A program made the position numbers and the translations under genes. The notes beneath the pieces were generated by a model, which saw only the letters and a program-made list of their open reading frames with translations, did no database searches and had not been told where the DNA came from. A stretch of DNA of 64,000 nt from contig OZ246402.1 of assembly GCA_965230975.1 (NCBI GenBank), positions 573,009 to 637,008 of the forward strand. The letters are read 5' to 3'. Within the stretch, counting starts at the first letter, position 1. The number at the start of each line of letters is the position of its first letter. This DNA is from an uncultured Candidatus Saccharibacteria bacterium. GTDB lineage: Bacteria > Patescibacteriota > Dojkabacteria > J137. Positions 8,298 through 18,621 of this stretch are shown here, piece by piece.

Positions 8298-10586
8298 ATG
8301 AGTAAAATAAATTTAAAAATAAAAAAACCACAATTTAATATAAAAAATATTAAATTTGAAAAACCAAAGTTCAGCATGCCAAAAATAAGCTTAAAAAATA
8401 TTTGGATAATTCTTTCAAAAGAACTTTATAACTTTTTTACACAACCTATTGGCTATATTATTTCTACTATTTTTGTAATTGCATTCTTAATAATTACTTT
8501 TGGAGTTCAAAAATATTTACAGTATGGTACAAACAACCTATCTCAAATATTTGGCTATACAGCATTTTTACTATCAATTGTAATACCTGCAATTACAATG
8601 AGTAGCATATCTAAAGAGAGACAATCTGGCACATTAGAATATATATTAACCAGGCCAATAAGGGTTGTTGAATATATTTTGGGCAAAATTGCCGGCAACT
8701 CTTTAATAGTGTTTGTATTGTTACTAACTACTATACCTTTCACTTTAATTGCATCTGGTCACACACAATTTGATTTTGGGCAATTAGTTATGCAATATTT
8801 TGGATCTATGGTTTTTTCTGTAGCACTAGTAAGTGTAGGTGTTGCAGTTTCTGCAGGCTTTAAAAATGAAATTGGTGCTTTCTTAACTACAATTATTTTA
8901 TCTGCACTACTTATCTTGCTTGGTTCAGAATTAATTAGATTACCACTTATTTTAGATCCATTTATAAGTAAGTTCAGTTTAATATCTCACTATCAAGTAA
9001 TATCACAAGGCGTTATTGACATTAGAGATGTTATTTACTTTGTAGCCTTTATAATAACTTTTGTATTTATTGGATTTTATTTAGTTAAAAAAGATAAATA
9101 CCCACAAGATCATCAAGATCGAATTGGTTTAAGAAATTTAGTAATACTAAGTGTTGTAATAACATTATTAGTAGGTTATTTTGGTCAACAACTTGTTGGC
9201 AGAATAGACTTAACATCTAATAAGCTATATACATTATCTGAAGCCTCAACTCAAACAATTAATAATGTAAAAGATTTGGTTACTATAGATATTTATAAAT
9301 CTTCGGGTTTACCATTAGAATACGAATCAGAAATTAGATCAATCGAGGCCTTATTTTCAGATTATAAAAGCTATTCTGGTGGAAAGTTAGAATTAAATTA
9401 CAAAGATCCATCTACCTCAGATACAGCAAAATCAGATGCACAATCTGCAGGGTTAACTCCAGTAAATTTTACATCACAAAGCAACACATCTGCTCAGGTT
9501 GTAGAGGGTTATTTTGGCGCTGTAGTTAGATATAAAGATGATTCTCAAACAATTAACTTAATTGATGTGAATAATAACGCTTTGGTTTTAAATCCAGAAT
9601 ATGAAGTTACAAAAGCAATTAGAAGATTAACTAATTCAGAGTTAAAGAAAATCGCATTTGTAACTAATAATGTTGGGGCATCTAGATCATCTAACTTTAC
9701 AGGCTGGGATTCAGAATTGTCTTCATTATTTAATGTTGTAGATTTAGAGATTAAAGCCGAAGAAGATATCCCAACAGATGTGGCTGCATTGATTATTGCA
9801 GCTCCAAATGCAAAATTTGATGATGCAATTTTAAATAAGCTTAAGACCTACTACAGTAATGGAGGTTCAATTTTCTTGTTAACTAATAGCTTAAATGTAA
9901 CAGATTTAGCACAAGCTCCAACTGTTAACGAAGGTAGCCTGACAGAGCTTTTTGCAGATTATGGAATAGGAATTAATAGCGAGATTGTTTATGATTTAGA
10001 AAGCTACAATACTGTAAATATTCAAGGTTATTTATTCCCAATTGCTTATCCATTTTGGATTACTGCAGAAACAACAGATGTTGACTTGGCTCCAGTAAAA
10101 GGTGTAAATCAATTATCTTTGCTTTGGACAAATTCAATTAGTTTAGAATCAAAAGAGGGAAGCCAATATTGGGAGCTTGCAAAAACAACAAACTCATCAA
10201 ATGGTGAAGGTGCAGATAAAGTTTCTTTATCTTTAGATAGAGAATACACATTTCAAGAATCAGATAAATCTAGATTAATCGCGCTTGCAACTGAAAATAG
10301 TAAACAAGGTAGGGCTGTAATTGTTGCGGATTGGAAGTTTTTAAGTGATACAAATAGTTTGGTAAGCAGGTTAGATAATTTAACATTTGGAATTTCTTCG
10401 GTTGAATGGCTTACTAAAGAAGATGGCTTATCTAGTATTAAAGCTAAAGATAGAGCACCGTTAAGAGTAATTTTAACAGAATCAGAAGGATTAACCTTAG
10501 TTGCTTTAAGCTTTGTAATACCGGCAATCGGATTAATAGTAGTAGCATCTTCACAATACTACCTAAGAAAACGATTAGACGCTTAA
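8298..10586 (+). CDS. fused ABC-2 permease (GldF-like) and GldG-like extracytoplasmic domain
   Basis: 762-aa ORF. The N-terminal ~260 aa hold multiple hydrophobic helices, followed by a large soluble domain and a C-terminal TM helix. Starts 6 nt after the ATPase gene. Confidence 0.6.
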   Translation: MSKINLKIKKPQFNIKNIKFEKPKFSMPKISLKNIWIILSKELYNFFTQPIGYIISTIFVIAFLIITFGVQKYLQYGTNNLSQIFGYTAFLLSIVIPAITMSSISKERQSGTLEYILTRPIRVVEYILGKIAGNSLIVFVLLLTTIPFTLIASGHTQFDFGQLVMQYFGSMVFSVALVSVGVAVSAGFKNEIGAFLTTIILSALLILLGSELIRLPLILDPFISKFSLISHYQVISQGVIDIRDVIYFVAFIITFVFIGFYLVKKDKYPQDHQDRIGLRNLVILSVVITLLVGYFGQQLVGRIDLTSNKLYTLSEASTQTINNVKDLVTIDIYKSSGLPLEYESEIRSIEALFSDYKSYSGGKLELNYKDPSTSDTAKSDAQSAGLTPVNFTSQSNTSAQVVEGYFGAVVRYKDDSQTINLIDVNNNALVLNPEYEVTKAIRRLTNSELKKIAFVTNNVGASRSSNFTGWDSELSSLFNVVDLEIKAEEDIPTDVAALIIAAPNAKFDDAILNKLKTYYSNGGSIFLLTNSLNVTDLAQAPTVNEGSLTELFADYGIGINSEIVYDLESYNTVNIQGYLFPIAYPFWITAETTDVDLAPVKGVNQLSLLWTNSISLESKEGSQYWELAKTTNSSNGEGADKVSLSLDREYTFQESDKSRLIALATENSKQGRAVIVADWKFLSDTNSLVSRLDNLTFGISSVEWLTKEDGLSSIKAKDRAPLRVILTESEGLTLVALSFVIPAIGLIVVASSQYYLRKRLDA

Positions 10587-10611
10587 ATCGTTTCGATACT
10601 ACAACAATAAA

Positions 10612-10643
10612 ACGGGGGATTGGTTTGAAAACCAATCCCCCGT
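10612..10643. terminator. bidirectional intrinsic terminator hairpin
   Basis: Perfect 14-bp stem ACGGGGGATTGGTT/AACCAATCCCCCGT with loop TGAA, between convergent genes. Confidence 0.75.
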
Positions 10644-10719
10644 ACAATCCTAACCCATTTGCCAATACTTAAAAAAGCTCTAGTGCATTATGGTAATTGT
10701 GTAATTTAAACTAATAACA

Positions 10720-11676
10720 CTAGTTTATTCCAAATATTATTGCTACCTCGGTGATTAATAATGCGATATAAAGTCCAGTTAGCATAAAACCTTCGGTTCG
10801 ACTAACTTTTTTACCAGTCCAAGTGGCAACTCCAAACATTATTAAGGTTAATAATAAAATTACAGTGGATGGAATTATTGCTATAAAGCTATCAATTTTA
10901 ACGCCACCCGCCATTATTGCCAGTAATCCTAAAATGCCTGGGTTTACGCATGCGCTTCCAAAAAAATTACCTAAAGCAAGCGCTTCGTTATCTCTATTCT
11001 TTTTTGAAATTGCTAAAATTGTAAGCTCGGGTAAGTTTGTCCCAATTGCTAAAACTAAAACTCCAATAACCGCAGGAGAAATAGAAAGTATTAGTGCCAG
11101 ACTTTCTGCTAGCTTAACAGTCATTGAAGATGAAATTAGAAGCAAAACAATACCAATACTTGCTTTCCCAATAAGTCTAGATAGCTTTTTAATATTAATA
11201 TTTGCATGTTTTTTTAAAGCTACCTGATTAAATTTTCTATTAAGATAAGCAATAAAAATAAAATAACCACCTAATAAAGCAATCCCTTCGGTTATTGAAA
11301 TATACTTATCTAAAATCGAAATTACCATAAAAGTAATGAGTCCAACTCCCATTAAAACCTCTTTCTCTTGAAATCTATTTTTAAATTCTAATTTGCCGTA
11401 CTTAACTGCAGATAAACCAATAACTAAAGTTAAAAGTACTGTTGTAGCACCAATTAAATTCCCAACAGAAAGTTCCGGTAATTCCTGGCTAGAGAGTACA
11501 GATATAGATATCTCGGGTAAAGATGTAATAATGCTTAAAACTACAAACCCAGTAAAAAATTCGCTTACATGAAGTTTCCTAGAAAGAAAAACAAAAGAGC
11601 CTTCTACAAGCTCTGCGGATTTAACTAAAATTAACAAAAAAAATAATAACGCACCAACTATACCTAATACTTCCAT
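10720..11676 (-). CDS. Ca2+/Na+ antiporter (CaCA family, YrbG-like)
   Basis: 318-aa polytopic ORF with duplicated alpha-repeat motifs (SLPEIS...GNLIGATTV and GTNLPELT...GNFFGSACVN). Confidence 0.8.
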   Translation of the reverse strand: MEVLGIVGALLFFLLILVKSAELVEGSFVFLSRKLHVSEFFTGFVVLSIITSLPEISISVLSSQELPELSVGNLIGATTVLLTLVIGLSAVKYGKLEFKNRFQEKEVLMGVGLITFMVISILDKYISITEGIALLGGYFIFIAYLNRKFNQVALKKHANINIKKLSRLIGKASIGIVLLLISSSMTVKLAESLALILSISPAVIGVLVLAIGTNLPELTILAISKKNRDNEALALGNFFGSACVNPGILGLLAIMAGGVKIDSFIAIIPSTVILLLTLIMFGVATWTGKKVSRTEGFMLTGLYIALLITEVAIIFGIN

Positions 11677-11739
11677 TTGTTTTTATATAATTATCTTCGC
11701 TATTCTAGTATACTGTGCATATTAAGTAAATTTATTTTT

Positions 11740-13581
11740 ATGGATCAATATTCTAATATTCAAGAGATTTCCAAAACATTAAGATACTGGATTTTAAAAT
11801 CAACAACACAAGCCCAAAGTGGTCACCCAACATCGTCAATGTCTGCAGTAGAGCTTATGGCAACTTTAATGTTTGCTGGGTTCTTTAAATTTAACATTTC
11901 TGATCCAAAAAATATTTATAATGATTCTCTAGTTTTTTCAAAAGGACATGCATCTCCTTTGTTTTATTCATTGTGGGCTGCGGCAAGGGGCTTGGATTAT
12001 GAAGAATTAATGAGTTTACGAAAATTAAACTCCAGATTAGAAGGTCACCCAACAAAAAAATTCCCATTTACAATCGCTCCAACAGGATCTTTAGGGCAAG
12101 GGTTATCTGTTGGCGTTGGAATAGCTTTAAGCAAAAAATATTTAGATAAAGTTGATTCAAAATCATTTGTATTACTTGGAGATGGAGAGTTAGAGGAGGG
12201 GCAAGTTTGGGAAGCAGCACAAATAGCCTCTAAATATAAACTAAGTAATTTAATTGCTATTGTAGATGTAAATAGGCTAGAGCAAGCTGGAGAAACCTTA
12301 CATGAGTGGGACATTAAATCTATATCAAATAAATTTGAAGCATTTGGTTGGAAAACTTTAATAATTGAAGATGGGCATAATCTTCAATCTATTGCTTTGG
12401 CTTATGAAGAAGCCTTTAAGTCTATATATTTGCCTGTAGTTATAATTGCTAAAACTGTTAAAGGTAAGGGTTACCCTGCTTGGGAAAATGAACTTAACTA
12501 TCACTCTAAAGTTTTAAAAGAAGCAGATTTAGTGCAAGCGTTAGATAAGCTTGGTCAGGTTAATGTTAGTTTTACACTTCCGTTAACTAAGCCAGAAGTT
12601 TTTGCAAAGCTACCTGAAATAGCTTTAAAAACTACTTTGCCAGAATCTTTATCTTTTGATGAAACTCAAAATCTTGCAACTAAAGCTGTTTATGGAAAGG
12701 TATTAAATTACTTAAAACAAAGTAATAAAAATATAGTTGCCCTAGATGCAGGTGTGAAAAACTCTACAATGGCCCAAGATTATAGTGATAAAAATCAAGA
12801 TAGTTTCTTTGAAATGTTTATAGCAGAGCAGAATATGGTTAGTGTTGCGGTTGGACTAGCAACAACTGGTAAAGTTCCTTTTGTTTCTACATTTGCAACT
12901 TTCTTTACAAGGGCATTTGATCAAATCAGAATGGCATCTCAATCTAATGAAAATATTAAGCTTGTTGGTTCGTATTGTGGTGTTTCTATTGGAATGGACG
13001 GGCAGTCTCAAATGGGTTTAGAAGATATTGCTATGATTAGAGCCTTAAATCACTCTGTTGTTTTATATCCATCAGATATTTACTCAATGAAAGCAATGAT
13101 GGAGCTAGCTTTGGCCTATAAAGGTTTGGTATATATAAGAGCCACTAGAGAACCATCTAAATCTATTTATAATATTAATGAGAAATTTACTGTTGGAGGG
13201 TTTAAAACTTTTGAAAATGATTCAAATTCTAGTGTTGTTGCAACTGTTATTTCTGCAGGTATCACCTTACAAGAAGCATTAATCGCTCAAGAGCAATTAG
13301 AGAATCAAGGTACAAATATTCAAGTAATTGACTTATATTCAATAAAACCAATAGATTTTGAAAAATTAAAACAAGCTATAAAAAGTAATAATATAGTTAT
13401 TGTAGAAGATCACTTTCCACAAGGTGGTATTGGAGAAGCAGTAATGAGTGGGTTAATAAATTCTAACTACAAATTTAAACATTTAGCTGTAAAAAAACAG
13501 CCTATGAGTGGTTTACCTGCCGAATTACTAAAGCATGAAGAGTTAGATTCACAAGCTATTATTAAAGCTTGTAGTAATTAA
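11740..13581 (+). CDS. tkt: transketolase (N- and C-terminal halves in one ORF)
   Basis: ORF is open from the TTG at 11677; the ATG at 11740 is preferred. Has SGHPTSSMSAVELMATL, the TPP-binding GDGELEEG and a C-terminal pyrimidine-binding half. Confidence 0.85.
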   Translation: MDQYSNIQEISKTLRYWILKSTTQAQSGHPTSSMSAVELMATLMFAGFFKFNISDPKNIYNDSLVFSKGHASPLFYSLWAAARGLDYEELMSLRKLNSRLEGHPTKKFPFTIAPTGSLGQGLSVGVGIALSKKYLDKVDSKSFVLLGDGELEEGQVWEAAQIASKYKLSNLIAIVDVNRLEQAGETLHEWDIKSISNKFEAFGWKTLIIEDGHNLQSIALAYEEAFKSIYLPVVIIAKTVKGKGYPAWENELNYHSKVLKEADLVQALDKLGQVNVSFTLPLTKPEVFAKLPEIALKTTLPESLSFDETQNLATKAVYGKVLNYLKQSNKNIVALDAGVKNSTMAQDYSDKNQDSFFEMFIAEQNMVSVAVGLATTGKVPFVSTFATFFTRAFDQIRMASQSNENIKLVGSYCGVSIGMDGQSQMGLEDIAMIRALNHSVVLYPSDIYSMKAMMELALAYKGLVYIRATREPSKSIYNINEKFTVGGFKTFENDSNSSVVATVISAGITLQEALIAQEQLENQGTNIQVIDLYSIKPIDFEKLKQAIKSNNIVIVEDHFPQGGIGEAVMSGLINSNYKFKHLAVKKQPMSGLPAELLKHEELDSQAIIKACSN

Positions 13582-14879
13582 AAGCTAATATCTTTTACAT
13601 TTTTGAACTCTTTGTTAGAAACAATGCTTTGAAATCCAATCCTTTTGGCTTCTTTAATTCTTTTATCTTCAAAGTATACTTTTCTAATTTCTCCGGTTAG
13701 CCCAACTTCTCCAAAATAAACTTTATTACTACTTACGTTTTTATCTTTAATTGAAGATATTACAGCTGTAATTACTGCCAAATCTAGCCCAGGGTCAGTA
13801 ATTTTTATACCACCAGTAATATTCACATAAACATCGAAATCCCAGGTTGGAATTTTTAGCTTCTTATCTATAATCGCCAAAAGTATATAAAGTCTATTTA
13901 AATCAAACCCAGAGGTTGTTCTTCTGGGATTTGGAAAATATGTTTTAGTAGCTAATGCTTGCACTTCTACTGCAACTGGACGGCTACCTTCCATAACCAA
14001 TGAAAAAACTGATCCAGGTTCATCATTTTTACTTTCACTTAACAACTCTTTCGTATCACTTACTTCTGTTAATCCATTGTTGCCCATTCTAAAAATCCCA
14101 ACCTCATCTGATGGGCCAAATCTATTCTTTTCTATTCTTAAAACCCTAAACTCATAACGCTTTTCGCCCTCAAAGTAAATTACCGTATCAACCATATGTT
14201 CTACAATTTTAGGGCCTGCTATGTCCCCACTTTTCGTAACATGTCCAATCATTAAAGTGGTTATATTTAAACCTTTAGATAGGCTTGTAATTCTATTTGT
14301 AGCCTCTGCAACTTGAGAAACGGAACCGCTTGAAGATGCAATTTGCGGGTTTATTAATGTTTGAATTGAGTCTGCAACTATAAAGTCAATATCTTTAGCG
14401 TGAGAAGATATGTATCTCTCTAAATTGTCTACATTTACCTCTGGTAAAAATAAGACGTTACTAAGCTTTAGTTTTAGTCTATCTGCACGTTCTTTAATTT
14501 GATGCGGAGATTCTTCTCCGGCAATATATATAATTTTTAAACCTTGATTAGATAAAGTTTCTATTATTTGTAAAGTTAAGGTACTTTTACCAATACCAGG
14601 CTCTCCAGAAAATAGTATTACCTGTCCTTGAACCATTCTTCCACCAATTGCATTATCAAATTCGCTTATACCTGTTTTTATTTGAGATAATTTTGTTTCC
14701 TTTTCAAGTTCAGAAAGTTTTACAGGGGACACAGTAGAATTTGTTAGCTTACTTTTTTTTGTAGCTTTTTTATCTTCTACTCTACCTTCTAGTTCTATAA
14801 TTGTATTCCACAAGCCACAACTATCACATTGACCTTGCCATTTGTTGTATTCTTTTTGGCAGTTTGAACAAATATACAT
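13578..14879 (-). CDS. radA: DNA repair protein RadA/Sms
   Basis: N-terminal zinc ribbon CSNCQ...CDSCG, Walker A GEPGIGKST, KNRFG motif, Lon-like C-terminal domain. Confidence 0.9.
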   Translation of the reverse strand: MYICSNCQKEYNKWQGQCDSCGLWNTIIELEGRVEDKKATKKSKLTNSTVSPVKLSELEKETKLSQIKTGISEFDNAIGGRMVQGQVILFSGEPGIGKSTLTLQIIETLSNQGLKIIYIAGEESPHQIKERADRLKLKLSNVLFLPEVNVDNLERYISSHAKDIDFIVADSIQTLINPQIASSSGSVSQVAEATNRITSLSKGLNITTLMIGHVTKSGDIAGPKIVEHMVDTVIYFEGEKRYEFRVLRIEKNRFGPSDEVGIFRMGNNGLTEVSDTKELLSESKNDEPGSVFSLVMEGSRPVAVEVQALATKTYFPNPRRTTSGFDLNRLYILLAIIDKKLKIPTWDFDVYVNITGGIKITDPGLDLAVITAVISSIKDKNVSSNKVYFGEVGLTGEIRKVYFEDKRIKEAKRIGFQSIVSNKEFKNVKDISF

Positions 14880-14986
14880 ATAATGTTGTTAATTAAATTT
14901 ATTTTACTATGAGTGAACCAAAAATAAACATATTTTCTGCTAATGATGCATAAAAAGAGTCATGGAGTTTTGAAACTATCAAAGTC

Positions 14987-15331
14987 TTGAGACGCGACAT
15001 TTCTAACTATTTAAAATCATTTGAGAGTATTGAATCGCTATCGGTATTACAACTAGAGTTTTTTATCGATTTGCTTAAAAGATTGATATACGTAACAAAT
15101 AAGTATCTTAAGTTTACTTACTCATTAAAAGACCTAAATGATAATTACTCTATACTAATGTCCATGGTAAACACAGATGAAAATTTAGATGATACGTATT
15201 ATAAGCTGGTAAACAAAAGTGAAGGTCTGATAGATATAGGCGAGCTAATGTCTTTAATGATTTTATGTTACGAAATTCTTGAAGAAAGGAAGGAATTGCT
15301 ACATAACAAAAAAATATCAACGGAGGGTTAA
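14987..15331 (+). CDS. hypothetical protein
   Basis: 114-aa ORF with a non-ATG start in the ORF track. Confidence 0.4.
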   Translation: MRRDISNYLKSFESIESLSVLQLEFFIDLLKRLIYVTNKYLKFTYSLKDLNDNYSILMSMVNTDENLDDTYYKLVNKSEGLIDIGELMSLMILCYEILEERKELLHNKKISTEG

Positions 15332-15656
15332 TCTCTTTTAGCTATAATTTAAGCTTTGGCAACTAATCATTTTGTATAATTGTCAGTATTAAATAGATGT
15401 AAATGTTGATCTTCTATAATCGTAATATATAATGCTAAGTAGGGAGTTTAATTTAAAGTGATATAATTAGTAAATAAGTTTTAGATTTGCTTGTTACAAA
15501 AAGTTTATAATTAGACTATTTAATATTTTGAATTTTTAAGAAGATATAAGCTCTTAATACAATATAATGCAAAATATTAGTTTATTTTTGACTTAATTGA
15601 AAAATAGAGCCATTTTTATATAAAATTGATACGTAACTTATTTGTCACTATAAGTT

Positions 15657-16238
15657 GTGGACAATATGAGAGATTTAAAAATACTACAACACGATTTTTA
15701 TAGCTCGAAAACTACAGTGGACTTAGCTAAATCGCTATTAGGTAAGTATTTGGTTAGAGAGCTTGAAAATACAGTTTTAATAGGCCAAATAAATGAAGTT
15801 GAAGCATATCTGCAAAATGACCCCGCCAGCCACTCATTTAAAGGTTTAACTAATCGAACTTCACCAATGTTTGAAGAGCCAGGAACTGTGTATGTTTACT
15901 TTACATACGGTAAGCACTGGTGTTTTAACATAGCTGGCAATAATAAAGGTATAGGAGAAGGTGTTTTAATTCGAAGCGTAATACCGTTAGTAGGAATTGA
16001 CACTATGTTGAAAAATAGAGGTGTTGAAAGTATAGAAAACATTTCTAATGGACCAGGTAAAATAACAAAAGCATATCAAATTGATGCTTCATTTAATGGT
16101 CATAAGATTTGGAACCCACCTTTATATATTGCTACTGATGATACGAAAATTGAAGAGAATAGAATTGAGTCAACTTCACGAATTGGAATTACTAAAAATA
16201 AAGATGCAATGTTACGATTTGTTTTGGTTGAAAAATAA
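15657..16238 (+). CDS. mpg: DNA-3-methyladenine glycosylase (AAG/Mpg family)
   Basis: EVEAYLQNDPASHSF...MFEEPGTVYVYFTYGKHWCFNI matches the family signature. GTG start at 15657, or ATG at 15666. Confidence 0.85.
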   Translation: MDNMRDLKILQHDFYSSKTTVDLAKSLLGKYLVRELENTVLIGQINEVEAYLQNDPASHSFKGLTNRTSPMFEEPGTVYVYFTYGKHWCFNIAGNNKGIGEGVLIRSVIPLVGIDTMLKNRGVESIENISNGPGKITKAYQIDASFNGHKIWNPPLYIATDDTKIEENRIESTSRIGITKNKDAMLRFVLVEK

Positions 16239-16262
16239 TTAAATAAGTCATAATATATATTT

Positions 16263-16442
16263 ATGAACTCAGAAGCAACAATGCCAACTATGCCCTCCAT
16301 GCCAAATACAGAAACCAAATTGGATACTAAACCTAAGACTTCGACAAATGCTATTGAATCTTCAATTAATGCAGTTGGCGATTTTGTATTGGATACTTTT
16401 AAAGAAAGTTTATCTAGTCTTGGGAAATTAATTTTCGGCTAG
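16263..16442 (+). CDS. small hypothetical protein (59 aa), absent from the ORF track
   Basis: ATG at 16263 to TAG at 16440-16442, ending 1 nt before the next ATG (16444). Translated by hand. Confidence 0.3.
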   Translation: MNSEATMPTMPSMPNTETKLDTKPKTSTNAIESSINAVGDFVLDTFKESLSSLGKLIFG

Positions 16443-16443
16443 T

Positions 16444-16848
16444 ATGAATTTAAATTCTCATTACAAATTCGTAGATGATTGTAAAGATAAGTACGATAGT
16501 ATTATTTCACTTCTAGATTTAGAAGGAGATGCTGTTGCACTAAAAAATAACTTTTTTGATAAATTAAATGCTTTAGTTATAGATAAGTTATTAAGTGAAC
16601 TATCAGAAGACTTCCGAAAATCCATTTTGGATTTGCTGAAAACTAATGATTATATACAAATTCAAGAAAAGGTTTTAACTCACTTTACGGAAAAGCAAAT
16701 GGAAGATGCGTATGTTGAGAACTTTAAAATGCTTATAAGGAAAATGTTTGAATCTGCAAATTTTGATTCTATTAGATCTCAAGTTGAATCTATATTAGAA
16801 CTAACCACAGCTCCCGAGACTATTCCACAAGCTGTTACGACTGCATGA
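16444..16848 (+). CDS. hypothetical protein
   Basis: 134-aa ORF. Confidence 0.5.
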   Translation: MNLNSHYKFVDDCKDKYDSIISLLDLEGDAVALKNNFFDKLNALVIDKLLSELSEDFRKSILDLLKTNDYIQIQEKVLTHFTEKQMEDAYVENFKMLIRKMFESANFDSIRSQVESILELTTAPETIPQAVTTA

Positions 16849-17080
16849 TTCTATTAATTTCATCTACTTCTGCTTGTATTCTTCTTTTATAATCTTCTAA
16901 CAAGCTGTCCATTTTATTCTTCAATTCTACGCTATAGTTAGTAACCAAGGTATCTATATTATTTCTTTTAGATCTAACTCTGTCTTTTCTATTGCTATCA
17001 ATAATGCCGTTACTCAAGAAGTTTGTAATAGCTGTATCTACAGGTTGTATTATGGGCGAAAAATCAGGATTCATATTCAA
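16835..17080 (-). CDS. hypothetical protein
   Basis: 81-aa ORF, convergent with and overlapping the previous gene by 14 nt. Confidence 0.4.
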   Translation of the reverse strand: MNMNPDFSPIIQPVDTAITNFLSNGIIDSNRKDRVRSKRNNIDTLVTNYSVELKNKMDSLLEDYKRRIQAEVDEINRIMQS

Positions 17081-17153
17081 TTTATTAACTAATATTGAAT
17101 ATACACCTTAGAGTTCACTAAATAACCAAATAGGTGTTAAGAAAGTGTAAATA

Positions 17154-17504
17154 CTATTTTGACAATGTTCGTCTGCTCACAAAAAGTAAATCAACAAAAT
17201 CATAAAGAGAGCCTACTGACTCGATATGTTGATCTACAATATACTTATCTAATAAGTTAAATTGAGCTTCGCCTACTCGTGTTCTTGCAGTATATAGAAT
17301 ATTGCTAATAGTAGAATCAGGAGTCACTAGGTATTGGTTTTCATGGAAGATTACATTATCCATAATTATTCTTAACGCTGTCAAAGCGCCTTCTTCTAAA
17401 TCGTTTATACTTTGGTCTATTGTAATTCCAAAGTGTTGTGCTAAAAGTACATGAACAAGTTGAGGTTCTGTAATTAAATTTAATGTAACATCTTTCCAAC
17501 TCAT
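17154..17504 (-). CDS. hypothetical protein
   Basis: 116-aa ORF. Confidence 0.5.
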   Translation of the reverse strand: MSWKDVTLNLITEPQLVHVLLAQHFGITIDQSINDLEEGALTALRIIMDNVIFHENQYLVTPDSTISNILYTARTRVGEAQFNLLDKYIVDQHIESVGSLYDFVDLLFVSRRTLSK

Positions 17505-17580
17505 ATTATTTATTTAACTGCCAAGATTATAACAAATTTGTACTTAATTGATATATTTGTAAATATTCCTAAATAGTATA

Positions 17581-18570
17581 CTAGCCAGATGTAATAATCT
17601 CATCTTCTATTTCGTCTATCTGATAAGCATCGTAACCCTTTTTTCTTAACCAGCTTGTATAAGTTTTCGTAAAACCATGAGTTGTAAAAATTGTTTGCGC
17701 CCCACATTCTTTAACAGCGTAATTAAGCCCATTCCAGTCGGCATGGTCTGAAAGAACAAACTTTTTATCTATATTTTTTGGATTAAATAATTTCATCCAC
17801 CCAGATGCCTCTGCCAAAGAATATTTTGATCTGTCAATAATATTTGCAGAAACAAAATTATGAGGTGCTAATAATAAATCTCCGGGCTTAACTTTTGATG
17901 CTTCAAACAAAGAATAACTTGGAAGTTTTACACCACTTGATTCTATTGCCTGATTCATTTCAAAGACAGATTTATATGTAAATATTCTGCCGTCAATTTG
18001 TAAGTTCTTTAAAATTCTTTGAGCTTTACCAAGAGAGTAGCAAAGAACTACACTAAAAAGCCCCAGTGATTGATTAAACTTTATCCAGTTGGACATATCT
18101 TTAAAAATATCTGCTTGTGAATCCCATCTATAAATTGGTTGAGCAAAGGTAGTTTCTGTAACAAAATTGTCGCATTTAATTGGTACGAAAGATTGAGAAA
18201 TATTGTCGTTTTCAATTTTATAATCACCTGTAATTACCCAGCTCTCGTGCTTAGTTTGAAGCTTAATTTGAGCAGAACCAACAACATGCCCCGATGGGAA
18301 AAACGTAACTTTTACACCATTAATATTTAAAACCTCACCGTACTCAACACCCATTACATTAGTTTTTTTACCTAATCTGGTTTTTAAGATTGGAATATTT
18401 TTATAGTGCGAAAGATATTGTGTATGGCCACTTATAGCATGATCTGAATGTGCGTGGGTAATTAAAGCTTTTTTTACCTTTCGCTTAGGGTCTATGTAAA
18501 AATCACCTTGAGGGCAATAAAAACCTTTATTTGTAAATTGTATTAGCGAATTTTTTTTCATGCTTTCCAA
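17581..18570 (-). CDS. ligase-associated DNA damage response exonuclease (MBL/beta-CASP fold)
   Basis: GFYCPQGDFYIDP...ALITHAHSDHA, VVGSAQ, TETTFAQPIYRW and YSLGKAQR match the family pattern as I recall it. Confidence 0.75.
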   Translation of the reverse strand: MESMKKNSLIQFTNKGFYCPQGDFYIDPKRKVKKALITHAHSDHAISGHTQYLSHYKNIPILKTRLGKKTNVMGVEYGEVLNINGVKVTFFPSGHVVGSAQIKLQTKHESWVITGDYKIENDNISQSFVPIKCDNFVTETTFAQPIYRWDSQADIFKDMSNWIKFNQSLGLFSVVLCYSLGKAQRILKNLQIDGRIFTYKSVFEMNQAIESSGVKLPSYSLFEASKVKPGDLLLAPHNFVSANIIDRSKYSLAEASGWMKLFNPKNIDKKFVLSDHADWNGLNYAVKECGAQTIFTTHGFTKTYTSWLRKKGYDAYQIDEIEDEIITSG

Positions 18571-18621
18571 TAATTATTTGGTAAGCTATATTATCACTAG
18601 TATACTTATTTACTGCTAAAT

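Noticed and set aside
10823-11227. 134-aa plus-strand ORF, along with many similar track ORFs: 793-999, 5193-5564, 5799-5993, 8555-8743, 10444-10665, 12045-12314, 16100-16318, 18139-18330, 25003-25197, 29215-29502, 29267-29473, 30830-31045, 31327-31569, 32279-32521, 33688-33909, 35056-35253, 37633-37956, 38050-38241, 41650-41838, 42813-43040, 46486-46734, 47374-47625, 50597-50782, 50896-51096, 51665-51862, 55171-55365, 59067-59354, 59427-59681
   Set aside because: All of them lie antisense to, or out of frame within, longer ORFs that carry recognisable family motifs. Their translations are low-complexity and typical of shadow ORFs.
15332-15656. 325-nt AT-rich spacer examined for ncRNA or repeats
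   Set aside because: It contains only scattered TATAAT-like words and shows no stable helices, repeats or similarity to other spacers in the window.
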